A stretch of DNA of 64,000 nucleotides from an uncultured Alphaproteobacteria bacterium (GTDB lineage: Bacteria > Pseudomonadota > Alphaproteobacteria > Methylaequorales > Methylaequoraceae), in the NCBI GenBank assembly GCA_902536485.1, contig CACAXP010000001.1, positions 5,448 through 69,447 on the forward strand. The letters are read 5' to 3'. The position numbers and the translations under genes are program-made. The first letter of the stretch is position 1. Each line of letters opens with the position of its first letter. Under the pieces are notes generated by a model. The model was not told the DNA's origin, ran no database searches, and saw only the letters and a list, made by a program, of their open reading frames with translations. This document shows positions 48,100 through 58,957 of the stretch, in pieces.

Positions 48100-48321
48100 T
48101 TATCCTCCAAAAAAAGGCTGTACAATTTCAATCACATCGCCTTCTTTAATAACTTTACTTTTCCATTTTGATTTTTGAATTAATTCGTTATTAACTGCTA
48201 CGGCAAGGGAAAGCTCTTTTTTTTTTTTCCCAACGGTAGTTGTGATTAAGTCCTCTAAATGGATACCACAATTTTTGATTGTAAAAGAAGCTCCATTAAC
48301 AAAACATTTATTTTTACTCAT
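48100..48321 (-). CDS. thiS: Sulfur carrier protein ThiS
   Basis: 73 aa from ATG 48321, ending in ...IVQPFFGG (terminal Gly-Gly). It sits between thiO and thiG. The coding strand contains an A12 tract (plus T12 at 48217..48228). Confidence 0.7.
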   Translation of the reverse strand: MSKNKCFVNGASFTIKNCGIHLEDLITTTVGKKKKELSLAVAVNNELIQKSKWKSKVIKEGDVIEIVQPFFGG

Positions 48322-48349
48322 CTTATTAATATTAAAATAAACTAAATTT

Positions 48350-49438
48350 TCACAAATTAAATCTATTTGGAGAAAAAAAACTATTTCTTTCAGTTTCTTC
48401 TCCAAATACATAATTACTTACAATTTCAGCAGTAATAGGAGCCAATAGTATGCCATGTCTAAAATGACCAAAAGCACAAATTATTTTCTTGTTTTTTTTT
48501 AAACTACCAATTACTGGGTTTCCATCATTTAAAAGAGATCTTAATCCCGAAATACTCTTTAAAAATCTTAGGTTTTCAATTTGAGGAAGATATTCCCATA
48601 TACTTGTACTTAAATAAAAGATTTCATCAAGAGTAACGAATTTTTCAAAACCTTTCTCATCTTCTGTTGCACCAATTGCAAACTGATTGTTTTCTCTAGG
48701 TGCAATATAAATCTTCTTAAACCAAATATTATTTTTAAATAATCTCTTTTTTGATTCAAATACCATTGAAACACCTTTAATTGGTCTCATGGGAAATTCA
48801 ATTCCAATTTTATTTTTTAAAAAATCGTTACTCCAGACCCCACAAGCTACAACAACTTTTTCAAAATCAATTATTTTTTTTTTAAAAGTTAATTTATTGG
48901 GTGTCAATGCTATATCACTGATTTGATTATAAATTAAAATCTCACCTCCCATTTTTTTTATTTTATTTTTCAAATACAATTTTAATAATTCTGGGTTAGT
49001 CTGGTTGTTATCCTCTAAGTAAAGAGAACATCTAACGTTTGAGTTTAAATTAGGCTCAATTTTTTTAGTTTGAAGGGAATTTAAAATCTTTGGATAAAAC
49101 CCTAATTTTTCTATAAATTTTTTTTTAAAAAAAATCGATTCTTCTTCATCATTATTGGTCGCAATCAGAAGTGAAGAGTTTCTTTTCAAACCAGTTTCGA
49201 TAGTAAATATATCATTTTTTAAGAAATTATCCCAAATTTTTTTTGACTCTATCATTAATTTGAATAATTTTTTTTCATATGGTTTTGCTTCTACTAATGG
49301 GGCTAACATACCAACCGAAGCATCAGTTGCGTTCCCTTCGTTATTTTTATATTCAAAAACTTTAACTTTTTTTCCTTGTTTAAGAAGTTTATGAGCTGTA
49401 AATAAACCGATAATTCCAGAGCCAAATATTGCAATCAT
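48350..49438 (-). CDS. thiO: FAD-dependent glycine oxidase ThiO
   Basis: N-terminal FAD fold IAIFGSGIIG, the DAO family, and its position in the thiO-thiS-thiG operon. Confidence 0.75.
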   Translation of the reverse strand: MIAIFGSGIIGLFTAHKLLKQGKKVKVFEYKNNEGNATDASVGMLAPLVEAKPYEKKLFKLMIESKKIWDNFLKNDIFTIETGLKRNSSLLIATNNDEEESIFFKKKFIEKLGFYPKILNSLQTKKIEPNLNSNVRCSLYLEDNNQTNPELLKLYLKNKIKKMGGEILIYNQISDIALTPNKLTFKKKIIDFEKVVVACGVWSNDFLKNKIGIEFPMRPIKGVSMVFESKKRLFKNNIWFKKIYIAPRENNQFAIGATEDEKGFEKFVTLDEIFYLSTSIWEYLPQIENLRFLKSISGLRSLLNDGNPVIGSLKKNKKIICAFGHFRHGILLAPITAEIVSNYVFGEETERNSFFSPNRFNL

Positions 49439-49504
49439 AAAAAATATTATTAATTTATATTTAAAAAATTTACTTACTTTATTATATAGCTAAAGTAATT
49501 AATT

Positions 49505-49888
49505 ATGACTAATAATAAAACTAATTTACATAAAAGACTGAGCAAAGTTGCTTTTGAGGTTACTCAGAACGCTAAAACAGAAGGACCTTTTACAGGAAAG
49601 TATTTTAATTTTTTTGAAAAAGGGACGTATCAGTGTATTTGCTGTAATAAAGATTTATTCGATTCAGATGCAAAGTTTAAGTCAAAATCTGGGTGGCCTA
49701 GTTTCTCTGACACCATAGATTCCAGTTCATTATCCTATATTCAAGATAACTCTTATGGTATGATCAGAACCGAAGTTAGATGTGGAAATTGTAATGCTCA
49801 TCTTGGACATGTGTTTGATGATGGCCCAAAACCGAGCTCAAAAAGATATTGTATTAACTCAGTAGCAATCAATTTTAAAAAAAAATGA
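49505..49888 (+). CDS. msrB: Peptide methionine sulfoxide reductase MsrB
   Basis: Two CxxC zinc motifs and the catalytic [17 protein letters not shown]. Confidence 0.9.
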   Translation: MTNNKTNLHKRLSKVAFEVTQNAKTEGPFTGKYFNFFEKGTYQCICCNKDLFDSDAKFKSKSGWPSFSDTIDSSSLSYIQDNSYGMIRTEVRCGNCNAHLGHVFDDGPKPSSKRYCINSVAINFKKK

Positions 49889-51096
49889 ATTATAATCAAT
49901 TTTTTAAAGAAGAGCTTAATAAACTAAAAGATGAAGGCAACTATAGAGTTTTTGCAGATCTAGAAAAAATTGCTGGAAATTTTCCTCAAGCACTAAATTA
50001 TAAAGAAGATAATGTTTCTGAAGTTACAGTTTGGTGTAGTAATGATTATCTTGGTATGAGTCAAAAGAACATTGTTATTGAAAGTATGATTAACGCAATA
50101 CAAAAAGTTGGTGCAGGGTCAGGGGGAACCAGAAATATATCAGGAACTAACCATTATCATGTTTTATTAGAGAGAGAGCTATGTTATCTTCATCAGAAAG
50201 AAGCTGCTCTTCTTTTTAATTCTGGATATCTTGCTAATCAAGCTACTTTATCGACTCTAGGAAAAAAACTTCCAGACTGTGTATTCATTTCTGATGAAAA
50301 AAATCATGCCTCGATGATCCAAGGAATTAAAAACTCTGGTGCAAAAAAATTAATTTTTAAACATAATGATTTGATTGACCTTGAAAAAAAACTTCAAGCT
50401 GCAGAAAAAAATCAAACTAAGGTGATATTGTTTGAATCCGTTTATTCAATGGACGGTGACTTTTCTCCAATAAAGGAAATATGTAAATTAGCAAAAAAAT
50501 ATAATGCTTTGACCTTTTTAGATGAAGTTCATGCTGTAGGAATTTATGGAAATCGAGGAGCTGGCGTAGCAGAAAAACTTGGTGTGATGGACCAAATAGA
50601 TATCATCCAAGGAACTCTTGCAAAGTCATTCGGTGTTATTGGTGGCTACATAACAGGTCGTAAAGAACTTGTCGACTTTATTAGAAGTTTTGCATCAGGT
50701 TTTATTTTTACTACCTCGTTACCTCCATGTATAGCTGCAGGCGCATATGCTTCTATCAGGCATTTAAAGTTCTCTGATGAAGAAAGAAAATTAATGCTCG
50801 ATAATGTTAAAAAATTAAAATATCAATTAAAAAAAAATAACATTCCATTCCTGGATAACAATAGTCACATTATTCCAGTTTTGATAGGAGACCCAAAATT
50901 GTGCAAAAAAGCTAGCCAAATTTTACTAGATGATTTTAGAATATATGTACAACCAATTAACCATCCAACTGTACCAAGGGGAACAGAGAGATTAAGAATA
51001 ACTTGTTCACCAAATCATAGTCAGAAGATGATAAAAGAGCTTGTGAAAGCTTTCAAATTAGTTTTTGAAAATTTAAGCATCAAATATGCAGCATAA
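49885..51096 (+). CDS. hemA: 5-aminolevulinate synthase (alphaproteobacterial C4 pathway)
   Basis: N-terminus [30 protein letters not shown] is typical of ALAS. It belongs to the PLP fold-I oxoamine synthase family. Confidence 0.85.
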   Translation: MNYNQFFKEELNKLKDEGNYRVFADLEKIAGNFPQALNYKEDNVSEVTVWCSNDYLGMSQKNIVIESMINAIQKVGAGSGGTRNISGTNHYHVLLERELCYLHQKEAALLFNSGYLANQATLSTLGKKLPDCVFISDEKNHASMIQGIKNSGAKKLIFKHNDLIDLEKKLQAAEKNQTKVILFESVYSMDGDFSPIKEICKLAKKYNALTFLDEVHAVGIYGNRGAGVAEKLGVMDQIDIIQGTLAKSFGVIGGYITGRKELVDFIRSFASGFIFTTSLPPCIAAGAYASIRHLKFSDEERKLMLDNVKKLKYQLKKNNIPFLDNNSHIIPVLIGDPKLCKKASQILLDDFRIYVQPINHPTVPRGTERLRITCSPNHSQKMIKELVKAFKLVFENLSIKYAA

Positions 51097-51100
51097 AATA

Positions 51101-51670
51101 TTAGGGCGACAAAATTTTTTTCTGCCATACCTTTTTTTTTAAGTAATACACTTCACGTTCGTGCAATCTAAATTGATCACCTTGCCAAAACTCAAAAGTT
51201 TTTGGGACTATTTTTATGCCAACCCAATAAGGTGGTCTTGTAACCTGGTTATTTTCAAATTTTTTTTCATAGTTTTGGAACCTATTAATTAAAATCTTTC
51301 TGCTTTTAATAACAGATGATTGTTTTGATGCCCAGGCACCTAATTGACTTTTTCTAGGCCTTGAAGAAAAATATAAATCAGATTCCTTATCATCAATTAT
51401 AAACCCTCTCCCAGAAATTCTAATTTGCTTTTTTAAACTTTCCCAATAAAAGCACATTGCAAGATTATTATTTTTATTAAATTGTTTACCTTTGTTACTA
51501 TTAATATTTGTAAAAAAAATATAGCCGTCTGGTAAAATCTTTTTTAACAAAACCATTCTAACATCTGGTTTATTGTTTGAGCTGGAAGATAAAGCAAATG
51601 CAGTGGGATCAAACTCAAATGTTTTTTTTGCTAGATTAAACCAGTTATTAAATTTATTAAAAGGATTCAT
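51101..51670 (-). CDS. pdxH: Pyridoxamine 5'-phosphate oxidase
   Basis: PNPOx fold with RMVLLK, the RISG motif and a C-terminal conserved segment. Confidence 0.85.
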   Translation of the reverse strand: MNPFNKFNNWFNLAKKTFEFDPTAFALSSSSNNKPDVRMVLLKKILPDGYIFFTNINSNKGKQFNKNNNLAMCFYWESLKKQIRISGRGFIIDDKESDLYFSSRPRKSQLGAWASKQSSVIKSRKILINRFQNYEKKFENNQVTRPPYWVGIKIVPKTFEFWQGDQFRLHEREVYYLKKKVWQKKILSP

Positions 51671-51728
51671 TATTTGTTTTTAGAATGAAATGTATTATAA
51701 GTTTAAATAAATATAAGTATTTAATGTT

Positions 51729-52538
51729 ATGGCATCAATTATTAATTTAAAGGAAAAAAAAGGTATTATACTTGGCATCGCTAATGACAAGTCAATTGCT
51801 TGGGGTATAGCTGAACAGCTTTATAAATTAGGCGCTAATCTTGCGTTTTCTTACGTTAATGAATCTATTAAAAAGAGAGTAATTCCTTTAGCAAAAAATT
51901 GTAACTCAGAAATGGTTTTTGAGTGTGATGTTAAAAATGATGAAAGCATTGATAATTTCTTTTCTGAAATATCAAAAAAATGGTCGTCTGTCGATTTTGT
52001 TGTTCATTCAATTGCTTTTTCAGACAAAAATGAACTAAAAGGTGGATACATCGAAACATCCAGAGAAAACTTTATAAATACATTAAATATTTCTTGTTAT
52101 TCATTTACAGCTATTTGTCAGAGAGCAAGAAGACTTATGAATCAAGGTGGGCAAATTCTTACGTTATCTTATCTTGGTGCTGAAAGGGTAATGCCGCACT
52201 ACAATGTCATGGGTATAGCAAAGTCTGCCTTAGAAACAAGTGTCAAATATTTAGCTGAAGATCTTGGTAAAGAAAATATTAGGGTTAATGCTATTTCCGC
52301 TGGTCCAATCAAAACCTTAGCAGCTTCAGGAATTTCAGATTTTAGATACATTTTAAAATGGAATGAATATAATTCACCGCTAAGAAGAAGTACAACCATA
52401 CAAGAAGTTGGAAAAAATGCATCATATCTTCTTTCAGACCTATCATCTGGTGTAACAGGTGAAGTTATTCATGTTGATTGTGGATACCATGTTGTTGGAA
52501 TGAAAGCCGTTGATGCCCCAGATATTTCGGTAGAGTAA
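51729..52538 (+). CDS. fabI: Enoyl-[acyl-carrier-protein] reductase (NADH) FabI
   Basis: [14 protein letters not shown]-terminus and catalytic Y-x6-K region ([19 protein letters not shown]). Confidence 0.9.
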   Translation: MASIINLKEKKGIILGIANDKSIAWGIAEQLYKLGANLAFSYVNESIKKRVIPLAKNCNSEMVFECDVKNDESIDNFFSEISKKWSSVDFVVHSIAFSDKNELKGGYIETSRENFINTLNISCYSFTAICQRARRLMNQGGQILTLSYLGAERVMPHYNVMGIAKSALETSVKYLAEDLGKENIRVNAISAGPIKTLAASGISDFRYILKWNEYNSPLRRSTTIQEVGKNASYLLSDLSSGVTGEVIHVDCGYHVVGMKAVDAPDISVE

Positions 52539-52539
52539 A

Positions 52540-53607
52540 ATGACTGGAAGTACATTTGGAAAGCTTTTTAAAGTTTCAACATGGGGCGAGAGTCATGGTG
52601 AAGCTTTAGGTTGTATTATAGAGGGAGTGCCTTCCAAAATAAAAATAAATGAAAAATTTATTCAAAAATTTCTTGAACGAAGGAAACCTGGTCAGTCAAA
52701 GTACACTACACAAAGAAAAGAAGATGATAAAGTTAAAATTTTATCTGGGGTATTCGATGGTGTCACAACGGGGACCCCTATTTCTCTTATAATTTATAAT
52801 AAAGATACTAGATCAAAAGATTATGAAGAAATAAAAAAAAAATTCAGACCGGGTCACGCTGATTTTACTTATTTCAAGAAATATGGAATTAGAGACTACA
52901 GGGGTGGAGGCAGAGCATCAGCAAGAGAAACTGCAATGAGAGTAGCAGCCGGAGCGGTTGCACAAAAAATACTGGGAAATAAAGTTAAGATTAGAGGGGC
53001 GTTAATTCAAATAGGAAAAAAAAAAATTGACGAAAAAAAGTGGAGTTGGGACGAGGTAGAAAATAACGCTCTTTTTTGTCCTGATAAATTAGCTGTTCCG
53101 AGCTGGGAAAATTATTTAAAAACAGTGAGAAAAAATGGTTCATCTATAGGTGCAATTATTCAGATTAATGTTTCAGGCGTTCCGATGGGTTTGGGTGAAC
53201 CTGTTTTTGATAAAGTTGAAGCTCTTTTAGCTAAAGCGATAATGAGTATTCCAGCAGTTAAAGGTTTTGAAATCGGTTCTGGATTTAAGTCAGCTGAACT
53301 TAGTGGCGAAGAAAATGCAGATGAAATACGTATTTTGAAAGATAAAATTTCTTTCAAATCAAATAATTCAGGTGGATCACTTGGTGGGATTACATCAGGT
53401 CAAGATATTGTAATTAAGTTTGCCGTCAAACCAACAAGCTCAATATTAACCAAAAAAAAAACTATTGATGTTAACGGCGAGAACACTGAGATAAGAACTA
53501 AAGGAAGACATGATCCTTGCGTAGGCATTAGGGCAGTTCCGATTGGAGAAGCAATGGTCGCAATTGTACTGGCTGACTTATTTCTTATAAACAAAATTAA
53601 TAATTAG
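52540..53607 (+). CDS. aroC: Chorismate synthase
   Basis: GESHG, GRSSARET-like [17 protein letters not shown] and the C-terminal signature. Confidence 0.9.
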   Translation: MTGSTFGKLFKVSTWGESHGEALGCIIEGVPSKIKINEKFIQKFLERRKPGQSKYTTQRKEDDKVKILSGVFDGVTTGTPISLIIYNKDTRSKDYEEIKKKFRPGHADFTYFKKYGIRDYRGGGRASARETAMRVAAGAVAQKILGNKVKIRGALIQIGKKKIDEKKWSWDEVENNALFCPDKLAVPSWENYLKTVRKNGSSIGAIIQINVSGVPMGLGEPVFDKVEALLAKAIMSIPAVKGFEIGSGFKSAELSGEENADEIRILKDKISFKSNNSGGSLGGITSGQDIVIKFAVKPTSSILTKKKTIDVNGENTEIRTKGRHDPCVGIRAVPIGEAMVAIVLADLFLINKINN

Positions 53608-54370
53608 ATTTTTTTACATAAATCAGAAATTCTTTATTGCCTTTTTGACCTAAAATTGGGCTATTTATAATTTCTATAAAATCAGGAGAAAAGTTTTCAA
53701 CAAACCAAGAATTTATATTTACACAAATATTTTTATGAATTTTTCCATCCCTTATTATTCCTTTTTTTCCAACTAGTCCTTTAGAAACCTCAAATTGCGG
53801 TTTTATGAGTGCTATTATTTCAAATTTTTCTTTTAACAAATTTTTAAAAGGTAAAATTACTTTTTTTAATGAAATAAAACTTACGTCGCAAACTAATAAA
53901 TCAACTAAATCTGTTATTACTTTTGAATTAATAAACTTAGCATTTGTTCTTTCAAGCAAAATAATATTTTTTGAATTTCTTAATCTCCAATCAAACTGAC
54001 CATAGCCAACATCAATTGCAAAAATTTTTTTTGCACCATTTTTAAGAAGAACGTCACTAAATCCACCTGTTGAACAGCCTAAATCAGCACAAACCTTGTC
54101 CTTAACTATAATTTTAAAGTTTTCAATTGCTTTTGCTAACTTTAGTCCTCCTCGTGAAACCCATGGATTATCATTTTTTTTTATTCTGATAATTTGTTTA
54201 TTTTTAATTAATTTTCCAGGTTTATCAATTTTTTCATCAGCTAGATAAACATTTCCACTCATAATAAGCGAAACTGCTCTTTGTCTAGATTTAACAATAC
54301 CCATATCGACTAAAAAAGAGTCTAATCTTTTATTATTATATTTTTTTAAGACAATGTTTGAACTAAACAT
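53597..54370 (-). CDS. tlyA: TlyA-family rRNA 2'-O-methyltransferase (S4 plus FtsJ domains)
   Basis: N-terminal S4 RNA-binding domain (RLDSFLV...SRQRA) and SAM motif DLGCSTGGF. Confidence 0.8.
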   Translation of the reverse strand: MFSSNIVLKKYNNKRLDSFLVDMGIVKSRQRAVSLIMSGNVYLADEKIDKPGKLIKNKQIIRIKKNDNPWVSRGGLKLAKAIENFKIIVKDKVCADLGCSTGGFSDVLLKNGAKKIFAIDVGYGQFDWRLRNSKNIILLERTNAKFINSKVITDLVDLLVCDVSFISLKKVILPFKNLLKEKFEIIALIKPQFEVSKGLVGKKGIIRDGKIHKNICVNINSWFVENFSPDFIEIINSPILGQKGNKEFLIYVKKSNY

Positions 54371-54380
54371 TTTTAATTAT

Positions 54381-55280
54381 CTATTTATTCCGAGATATTA
54401 TAAAATTTGCTAGATCAATCAAATTTTGTGCTTTTTCTCCAAATGGTTCAATTATTTGAATAGATTCTTCTATCAGATCTTGGGATTTTTTTTTTGCATT
54501 CTCTATTCCTAGAAGTGATACTAAAGTTTCCTTTCCTTGTTTATGATCTTTTCCTGTTTTTTTCCCAACATCAATAATATTTCCCTCAACGTCTAATAAA
54601 TCATCCTTAATCTGAAATGCTAAACCAAGTTTAGATGAAAAATTTTCAAAAATTTCTAATTCATCATACTTTTCAGCTAGAAGACATGGTGCTATGCAAG
54701 AAAATCTGAATAATTCTCCTGTTTTTAACCTCTGTAGTTCAAAAATTTTTTCTAAACTTAATGTTTTTCTTTCAGCTTCTAAGTCTAACATCTGTCCGCC
54801 AACCATTCCTTCAGCACCAGATGATTTAGCTAATTCAGTTATTAAATTACATCTAACTTCAGAGTTATTGTGGGTTTTTTTATGAGAGATAATTTCAAAT
54901 GCAAGTGATTGAAAAGCGTCACCAACTAGAATTGCGGTGGCCTCGTCAAATTTTACGTGACACGTCGGATGCCCTCTTCGTAAATCGTCATCATCCATTG
55001 CAGGAAGATCATCATGAACTAAAGAATAACAATGTATAAACTCTATACCTACAGCAACTCTGTCTGAATTTTCTTTCTTGACCCCTAGAATCGAAGAAAT
55101 TTCATTTAAAATCAAGGGTCTTAACCTTTTGCCACCAACCTTTACAACATATTGCATCGCTTTATTTAACTTATTAGAAAAAAAAAGAGTTTTTGGTAAA
55201 AAACTCATTAGCTTTTTTTCAAAATCTGTTGAAAAGATACTTAAAATAGTTTCTAAATTTATGAAATCACTGTTCATCAA
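54381..55280 (-). CDS. ispA: Farnesyl/geranyl diphosphate synthase
   Basis: First Asp-rich motif LVHDDLPAMDDDDLRRG and second DD motif. It is adjacent to xseB. Confidence 0.85.
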   Translation of the reverse strand: MMNSDFINLETILSIFSTDFEKKLMSFLPKTLFFSNKLNKAMQYVVKVGGKRLRPLILNEISSILGVKKENSDRVAVGIEFIHCYSLVHDDLPAMDDDDLRRGHPTCHVKFDEATAILVGDAFQSLAFEIISHKKTHNNSEVRCNLITELAKSSGAEGMVGGQMLDLEAERKTLSLEKIFELQRLKTGELFRFSCIAPCLLAEKYDELEIFENFSSKLGLAFQIKDDLLDVEGNIIDVGKKTGKDHKQGKETLVSLLGIENAKKKSQDLIEESIQIIEPFGEKAQNLIDLANFIISRNK

Positions 55281-55497
55281 TATTTTTTATTTTATTATCA
55301 ACAACCTTTTTAATTTTTGTTTCAGCATTTTTTAATTTTTCTTCACAATGGTTTTTAAGGAGAACTCCTATCTCATAATACTTTATTGATTCATCTAAAC
55401 TTACATCACCGGCCTCAATCAACTCAACAACTTTATTCAAACGTTCAAAGGCTTCTTCGAATGAGAGATTTGTCACATCTTTATTTAGTAAGTCCAT
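55267..55497 (-). CDS. xseB: Exodeoxyribonuclease VII small subunit
   Basis: 76 aa with LSFEEAFERLNKVVELIE...L, typical of XseB. Confidence 0.8.
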   Translation of the reverse strand: MDLLNKDVTNLSFEEAFERLNKVVELIEAGDVSLDESIKYYEIGVLLKNHCEEKLKNAETKIKKVVDNKIKNIDEQ

Positions 55498-55503
55498 AAA
55501 CCA

Positions 55504-55707
55504 TTAATTCTTTTCTATTTCAAATAACATGAAATTATTATGTTTAATTTTTTTTTTTATTTTAATTTTAATTTGTTTTTTGAGTTCATTAATGTCATTT
55601 TCTGCTTTAGGGTCATCAACTTTAACTCTGATAATATCACCCTTTTTGATCTCCTTAATTTTTTTTGCAATCTTTAAAACGGGTAGTGGACATCTTAAAC
55701 CCATAAG
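55504..55707 (-). CDS. TusA-like sulfur carrier (CPxP motif)
   Basis: LMGLRCPLPVLK motif. The start is taken at ATG 55707 (67 aa) rather than the upstream listed start. Confidence 0.55.
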   Translation of the reverse strand, partial: LMGLRCPLPVLKIAKKIKEIKKGDIIRVKVDDPKAENDINELKKQIKIKIKKKIKHNNFMLFEIEKN

Positions 55708-55762
55708 ATTGATCAATTTTGTTTTTTTTATCATAGCGGTTAAAAAAAAAAATATTATATAT

Positions 55763-55782
55763 TTATCAAAAACATTTGATAA
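55763..55782. promoter_or_regulatory. 20-bp palindrome TTATCAAA-aaca-TTTGATAA about 35 bp upstream of the ABC transporter binding-protein gene
   Basis: Perfect 8-bp inverted repeat in the divergent tusA-like / transporter intergenic region. Confidence 0.3.
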
Positions 55783-55816
55783 CATTTTTATTGTTAATTA
55801 GTATTATTTTAAAGTT

Positions 55817-56794
55817 ATGAAAAATATCACTATTAAGTTTCTTTTTCTCGTCGGATTTATTTTTTGCTTAAGCTCGTCTGATTCTTTTGCAAAAAAAATA
55901 CGAATCGGAACCTTACAGTACGGAAGTGTAAATTGGGAATTAAAACTGATAGAAGATCTTGAGCTTGATAAAAAAAATTCCTTCGAACTTGAAATAGTTG
56001 AACTAGCAAGCAAAAACGCTGCTGCTGTTGCTCTTCAGGGAGGCTCAGTTGACCTTATTGTAACAGATTGGTTTTGGGTTTCCAGGCAAAGAAATGAAAA
56101 AAGATTATTTTCTTTTATTCCACATTCCATGGCAGCAGGTGGCTTAATTGCCTCTAAGGATTCAAAAATAGTTAATGATTTAGATCTTAAAAATAAAAAA
56201 ATAGGTGTGGCCGGAGGACAGGTTGACAAAGGCTGGTTAATCTTTAGGGCCTATTATAAAAAAAAACATGGCACAGATTTAATTGATTTAAGCAGACCCA
56301 TTTTTGGTGCCCCTCCATTGTTAAATAAAAAAATGCAACAGAGTAATTTTGATGCCATTCTGACTTATTGGCCATATCAAGCAAAACTCCTTACTGATAA
56401 TAGTTTCAAAAAAGTTATAAACATAAACGAAATATTAAATGAACTAGGTATTCCAGATGGAATTCCAGTTATTGGTTGGGTTTTCAGAGATAATTGGGGA
56501 AAAAATAATAATGTTCTTCTTAAAAATTTTCTTAAAGCATCTGATGAAGCAAAAGCAATTATGCTCGAATCTGATAAGATATGGGAAAAAATTAGACCAA
56601 ATATGATGGCTAAAGATGATTTGCTTTTTAGTAATCTTCGTGAAATATATAGAGAGGGAATTCCAAAAAAAAAGTTCACACAAACACAAATTGAAGGCGC
56701 TAAAAAACTTTACTCCATCCTCTCAGAAATTGGAGGCAAAGAGCTTATTGGTAACGCAAAAGAACTATCTCCAGGAACTTTTTGGAGTAACTAA
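55817..56794 (+). CDS. ABC transporter periplasmic substrate-binding protein, NMT1/SsuA/TauA family (sulfonate/taurine/nitrate type)
   Basis: Signal peptide and type-2 SBP fold resembling SsuA/TauA. It is followed by a cognate permease and ATPase. Confidence 0.7.
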   Translation: MKNITIKFLFLVGFIFCLSSSDSFAKKIRIGTLQYGSVNWELKLIEDLELDKKNSFELEIVELASKNAAAVALQGGSVDLIVTDWFWVSRQRNEKRLFSFIPHSMAAGGLIASKDSKIVNDLDLKNKKIGVAGGQVDKGWLIFRAYYKKKHGTDLIDLSRPIFGAPPLLNKKMQQSNFDAILTYWPYQAKLLTDNSFKKVININEILNELGIPDGIPVIGWVFRDNWGKNNNVLLKNFLKASDEAKAIMLESDKIWEKIRPNMMAKDDLLFSNLREIYREGIPKKKFTQTQIEGAKKLYSILSEIGGKELIGNAKELSPGTFWSN

Positions 56795-56796
56795 TT

Positions 56797-57546
56797 GTGG
56801 AATCTTACAGATTTAATGCAATTTTAAGAATTGCCTCAATTGCTCTATTTTTTTTAATTTGGCAAATCTCCAGCTTATTTTTAAATATTGAACTATTGCC
56901 CTCCCCAGCAGAGGTTTTTTCAAAAATTATTGAAGAAGCAAAAACAAATGAATTATTTTTCCATACATTCATAACGCTTAAAAGAGTTTTTATATCTTTT
57001 TTTATAGCAATGTTTATAGGAACTTTTTTTGGTATTTATATGGGAAGAAATAAAAAATTAAATGTCTTCCTCGATGATTGGTTAGTTCTAGGACTTAATG
57101 TTCCAGCACTTGTAATTATAATCCTTTGTTATGTGTGGTTTGGTTTAAACGAAGTAGCCGCAATACTAGCAGTTTCTTTAAATAAAATTCCCATGGTGGC
57201 AGTCATAATGAGAGAGGGTGCTAGATCTATAGAAAAAGATTATGTTGAGGTTGCAAAGTTTTACAAAATTAACAATAACAAATTTTTTTTTAAAGTCATA
57301 TTTCCTCAACTTTACCCCTACCTATTATCATCAGCAAGGTCTGGCTTGTCACTTATATGGAAAATTGTTTTAGTTGTCGAGTTATTGGGTAGAAGTAATG
57401 GAGTTGGTTTTAAATTATACGGTTTTTTTCAATTTTTTGATATTTCTGGAATTCTTGCATACACATTAGCTTTCGTTTTTTTGATTATAATTATTGAATT
57501 TATTATAGTTAGACCATTTGAGAAAAAAGTTTCAGTATGGAGATAA
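56797..57546 (+). CDS. ABC transporter permease (SsuC/TauC family)
   Basis: Six-TM BPD permease with the EAA-like loop. Confidence 0.75.
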   Translation: MESYRFNAILRIASIALFFLIWQISSLFLNIELLPSPAEVFSKIIEEAKTNELFFHTFITLKRVFISFFIAMFIGTFFGIYMGRNKKLNVFLDDWLVLGLNVPALVIIILCYVWFGLNEVAAILAVSLNKIPMVAVIMREGARSIEKDYVEVAKFYKINNNKFFFKVIFPQLYPYLLSSARSGLSLIWKIVLVVELLGRSNGVGFKLYGFFQFFDISGILAYTLAFVFLIIIIEFIIVRPFEKKVSVWR

Positions 57547-57550
57547 AAAA

Positions 57551-58309
57551 GTGAGTTTTATAATTAAAATTAAAGAAAAATTTTTTAATAACAAACATGA
57601 TAATAAGAAGACTAGTGTTTTAAAGAATATCGACATATCTATAAAATCTAAGGAGTTTGTTTGTATTGTTGGTCCATCTGGTTGTGGCAAGACCACTTTG
57701 ATGAATATGATTGGGGGACTTATTGACCCTGATAATCAGGTTATTCAGTCATCAACAAAAAATAACGTAGAAGCTGAAAAATTTGGATATGTTTTTCAAA
57801 CTTCAAGACTACTTCCATGGCTAACCGTTAAAGAAAATGTCGAGCTTGTTTGTGAGACAAATTCACAAAACTTTAATTCAGACAGCATTGATTTTTTATT
57901 AGATAGTTTCGGACTCAAAGATTTTTTGAATTTTTATCCCAAAGCCATTTCTGGAGGTATGAGAAGAAAAGTTTCTTTAGCAAGAGCTCTAATTAATAAA
58001 CCGAAAGTTTTACTAATGGATGAACCTTTTGTTTCACTGGACCAACCTACTTCAGAAAGCTTATATAATGTTTTAGTAAACTACAGAAAAAAAAATCCCA
58101 TTACTGTAATTTTTATAACACATGTGCTTAAAGAGGCTATTCTTCTGGGCGACAGAATACTTTTCTTTTCAAAAAAACCTGGTACAGTAGTTTTTGATTA
58201 CAAAGTAAAATCAGTCAGAAAACCTCTAACGCTGGATAATAAGGCCGTTGATACTGAATATAAAAAACTTAAAAGTAAATATCCCCAGTTACTTCAAGGT
58301 TTGGTTTGA
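57551..58309 (+). CDS. ABC transporter ATP-binding protein (SsuB/TauB family)
   Basis: Walker A GPSGCGKTT, signature ISGGMRRKV and Walker B LLMDEPF. I prefer the GTG at 57551 with GGAGA 8 nt upstream over the listed upstream TTG, which would overlap the permease. Confidence 0.8.
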   Translation: MSFIIKIKEKFFNNKHDNKKTSVLKNIDISIKSKEFVCIVGPSGCGKTTLMNMIGGLIDPDNQVIQSSTKNNVEAEKFGYVFQTSRLLPWLTVKENVELVCETNSQNFNSDSIDFLLDSFGLKDFLNFYPKAISGGMRRKVSLARALINKPKVLLMDEPFVSLDQPTSESLYNVLVNYRKKNPITVIFITHVLKEAILLGDRILFFSKKPGTVVFDYKVKSVRKPLTLDNKAVDTEYKKLKSKYPQLLQGLV

Positions 58310-58327
58310 TATTAAGGAATAAGAAAA

Positions 58328-58939
58328 ATGGAAAATTTTTACGATTACATTGAAAAAGGTGGAATTATTTTTTCAATTCTATTGGTATTATCTGCAGTAG
58401 GAATAACGCTTATAACCTATAAATTTATAGAGATAAATTTTTACAATGGTCTTGATTTGCAAAGCTTTGAACAAGATTTAAATGACACCTCGAACATAAG
58501 TGACTTTAAGCAATTAGTAGATTTAAAGCCCAATTCAGAAAAAAAGATATTTCTAATTGAAACATTAAACATTATTGAAGCTAATACTTCAAAAGTCCTT
58601 AAGGAACAAGAGATAGAAACACTTCTTCAAAAAAAATATTTAAAGTCTCAAAAATTCCTTCCTTCTCTTGAAATCATTGCTCAAGTTAGTCCACTTATAG
58701 GTTTATTAGGTACAGTAATAGGAATGATTGACTCTTTTAATGAGTTAGAATTAGGGGGGAGTTTAGTTGATCCATCTATCTTAGCTGGGGGAATATGGAC
58801 GGCTTTACTTACAACAGCGATGGGCTTAATTGTTGCGATACCAGCTTTAATATCTCATTATTTTTTTGATAAAAAAATAACTAATACAGTTCAATCTTCA
58901 AGTGTTTTTTTAACAAAACTAACAAACAAATCTACCTAA
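58328..58939 (+). CDS. exbB: MotA/TolQ/ExbB-family proton channel
   Basis: Three TM helices and a conserved C-terminal membrane segment. It lies upstream of two ExbD genes and a TonB-C protein. Confidence 0.75.
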   Translation: MENFYDYIEKGGIIFSILLVLSAVGITLITYKFIEINFYNGLDLQSFEQDLNDTSNISDFKQLVDLKPNSEKKIFLIETLNIIEANTSKVLKEQEIETLLQKKYLKSQKFLPSLEIIAQVSPLIGLLGTVIGMIDSFNELELGGSLVDPSILAGGIWTALLTTAMGLIVAIPALISHYFFDKKITNTVQSSSVFLTKLTNKST

Positions 58940-58957
58940 GATTAAAAATAAAGATTA

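Noticed and set aside
49439-49504. Possible TPP (THI-box) riboswitch upstream of thiO-thiS-thiG
   Set aside because: The 66-nt leader is almost pure A/T. It lacks the conserved CUGAGA core on either strand and is too short for the aptamer.
57518-57550. Listed TTG start of the ABC ATPase inside the permease 3' end
   Set aside because: The GTG at 57551 immediately after the permease stop has a GGAGA Shine-Dalgarno 8 nt upstream. It yields a conventional N-terminus before the Walker A motif.
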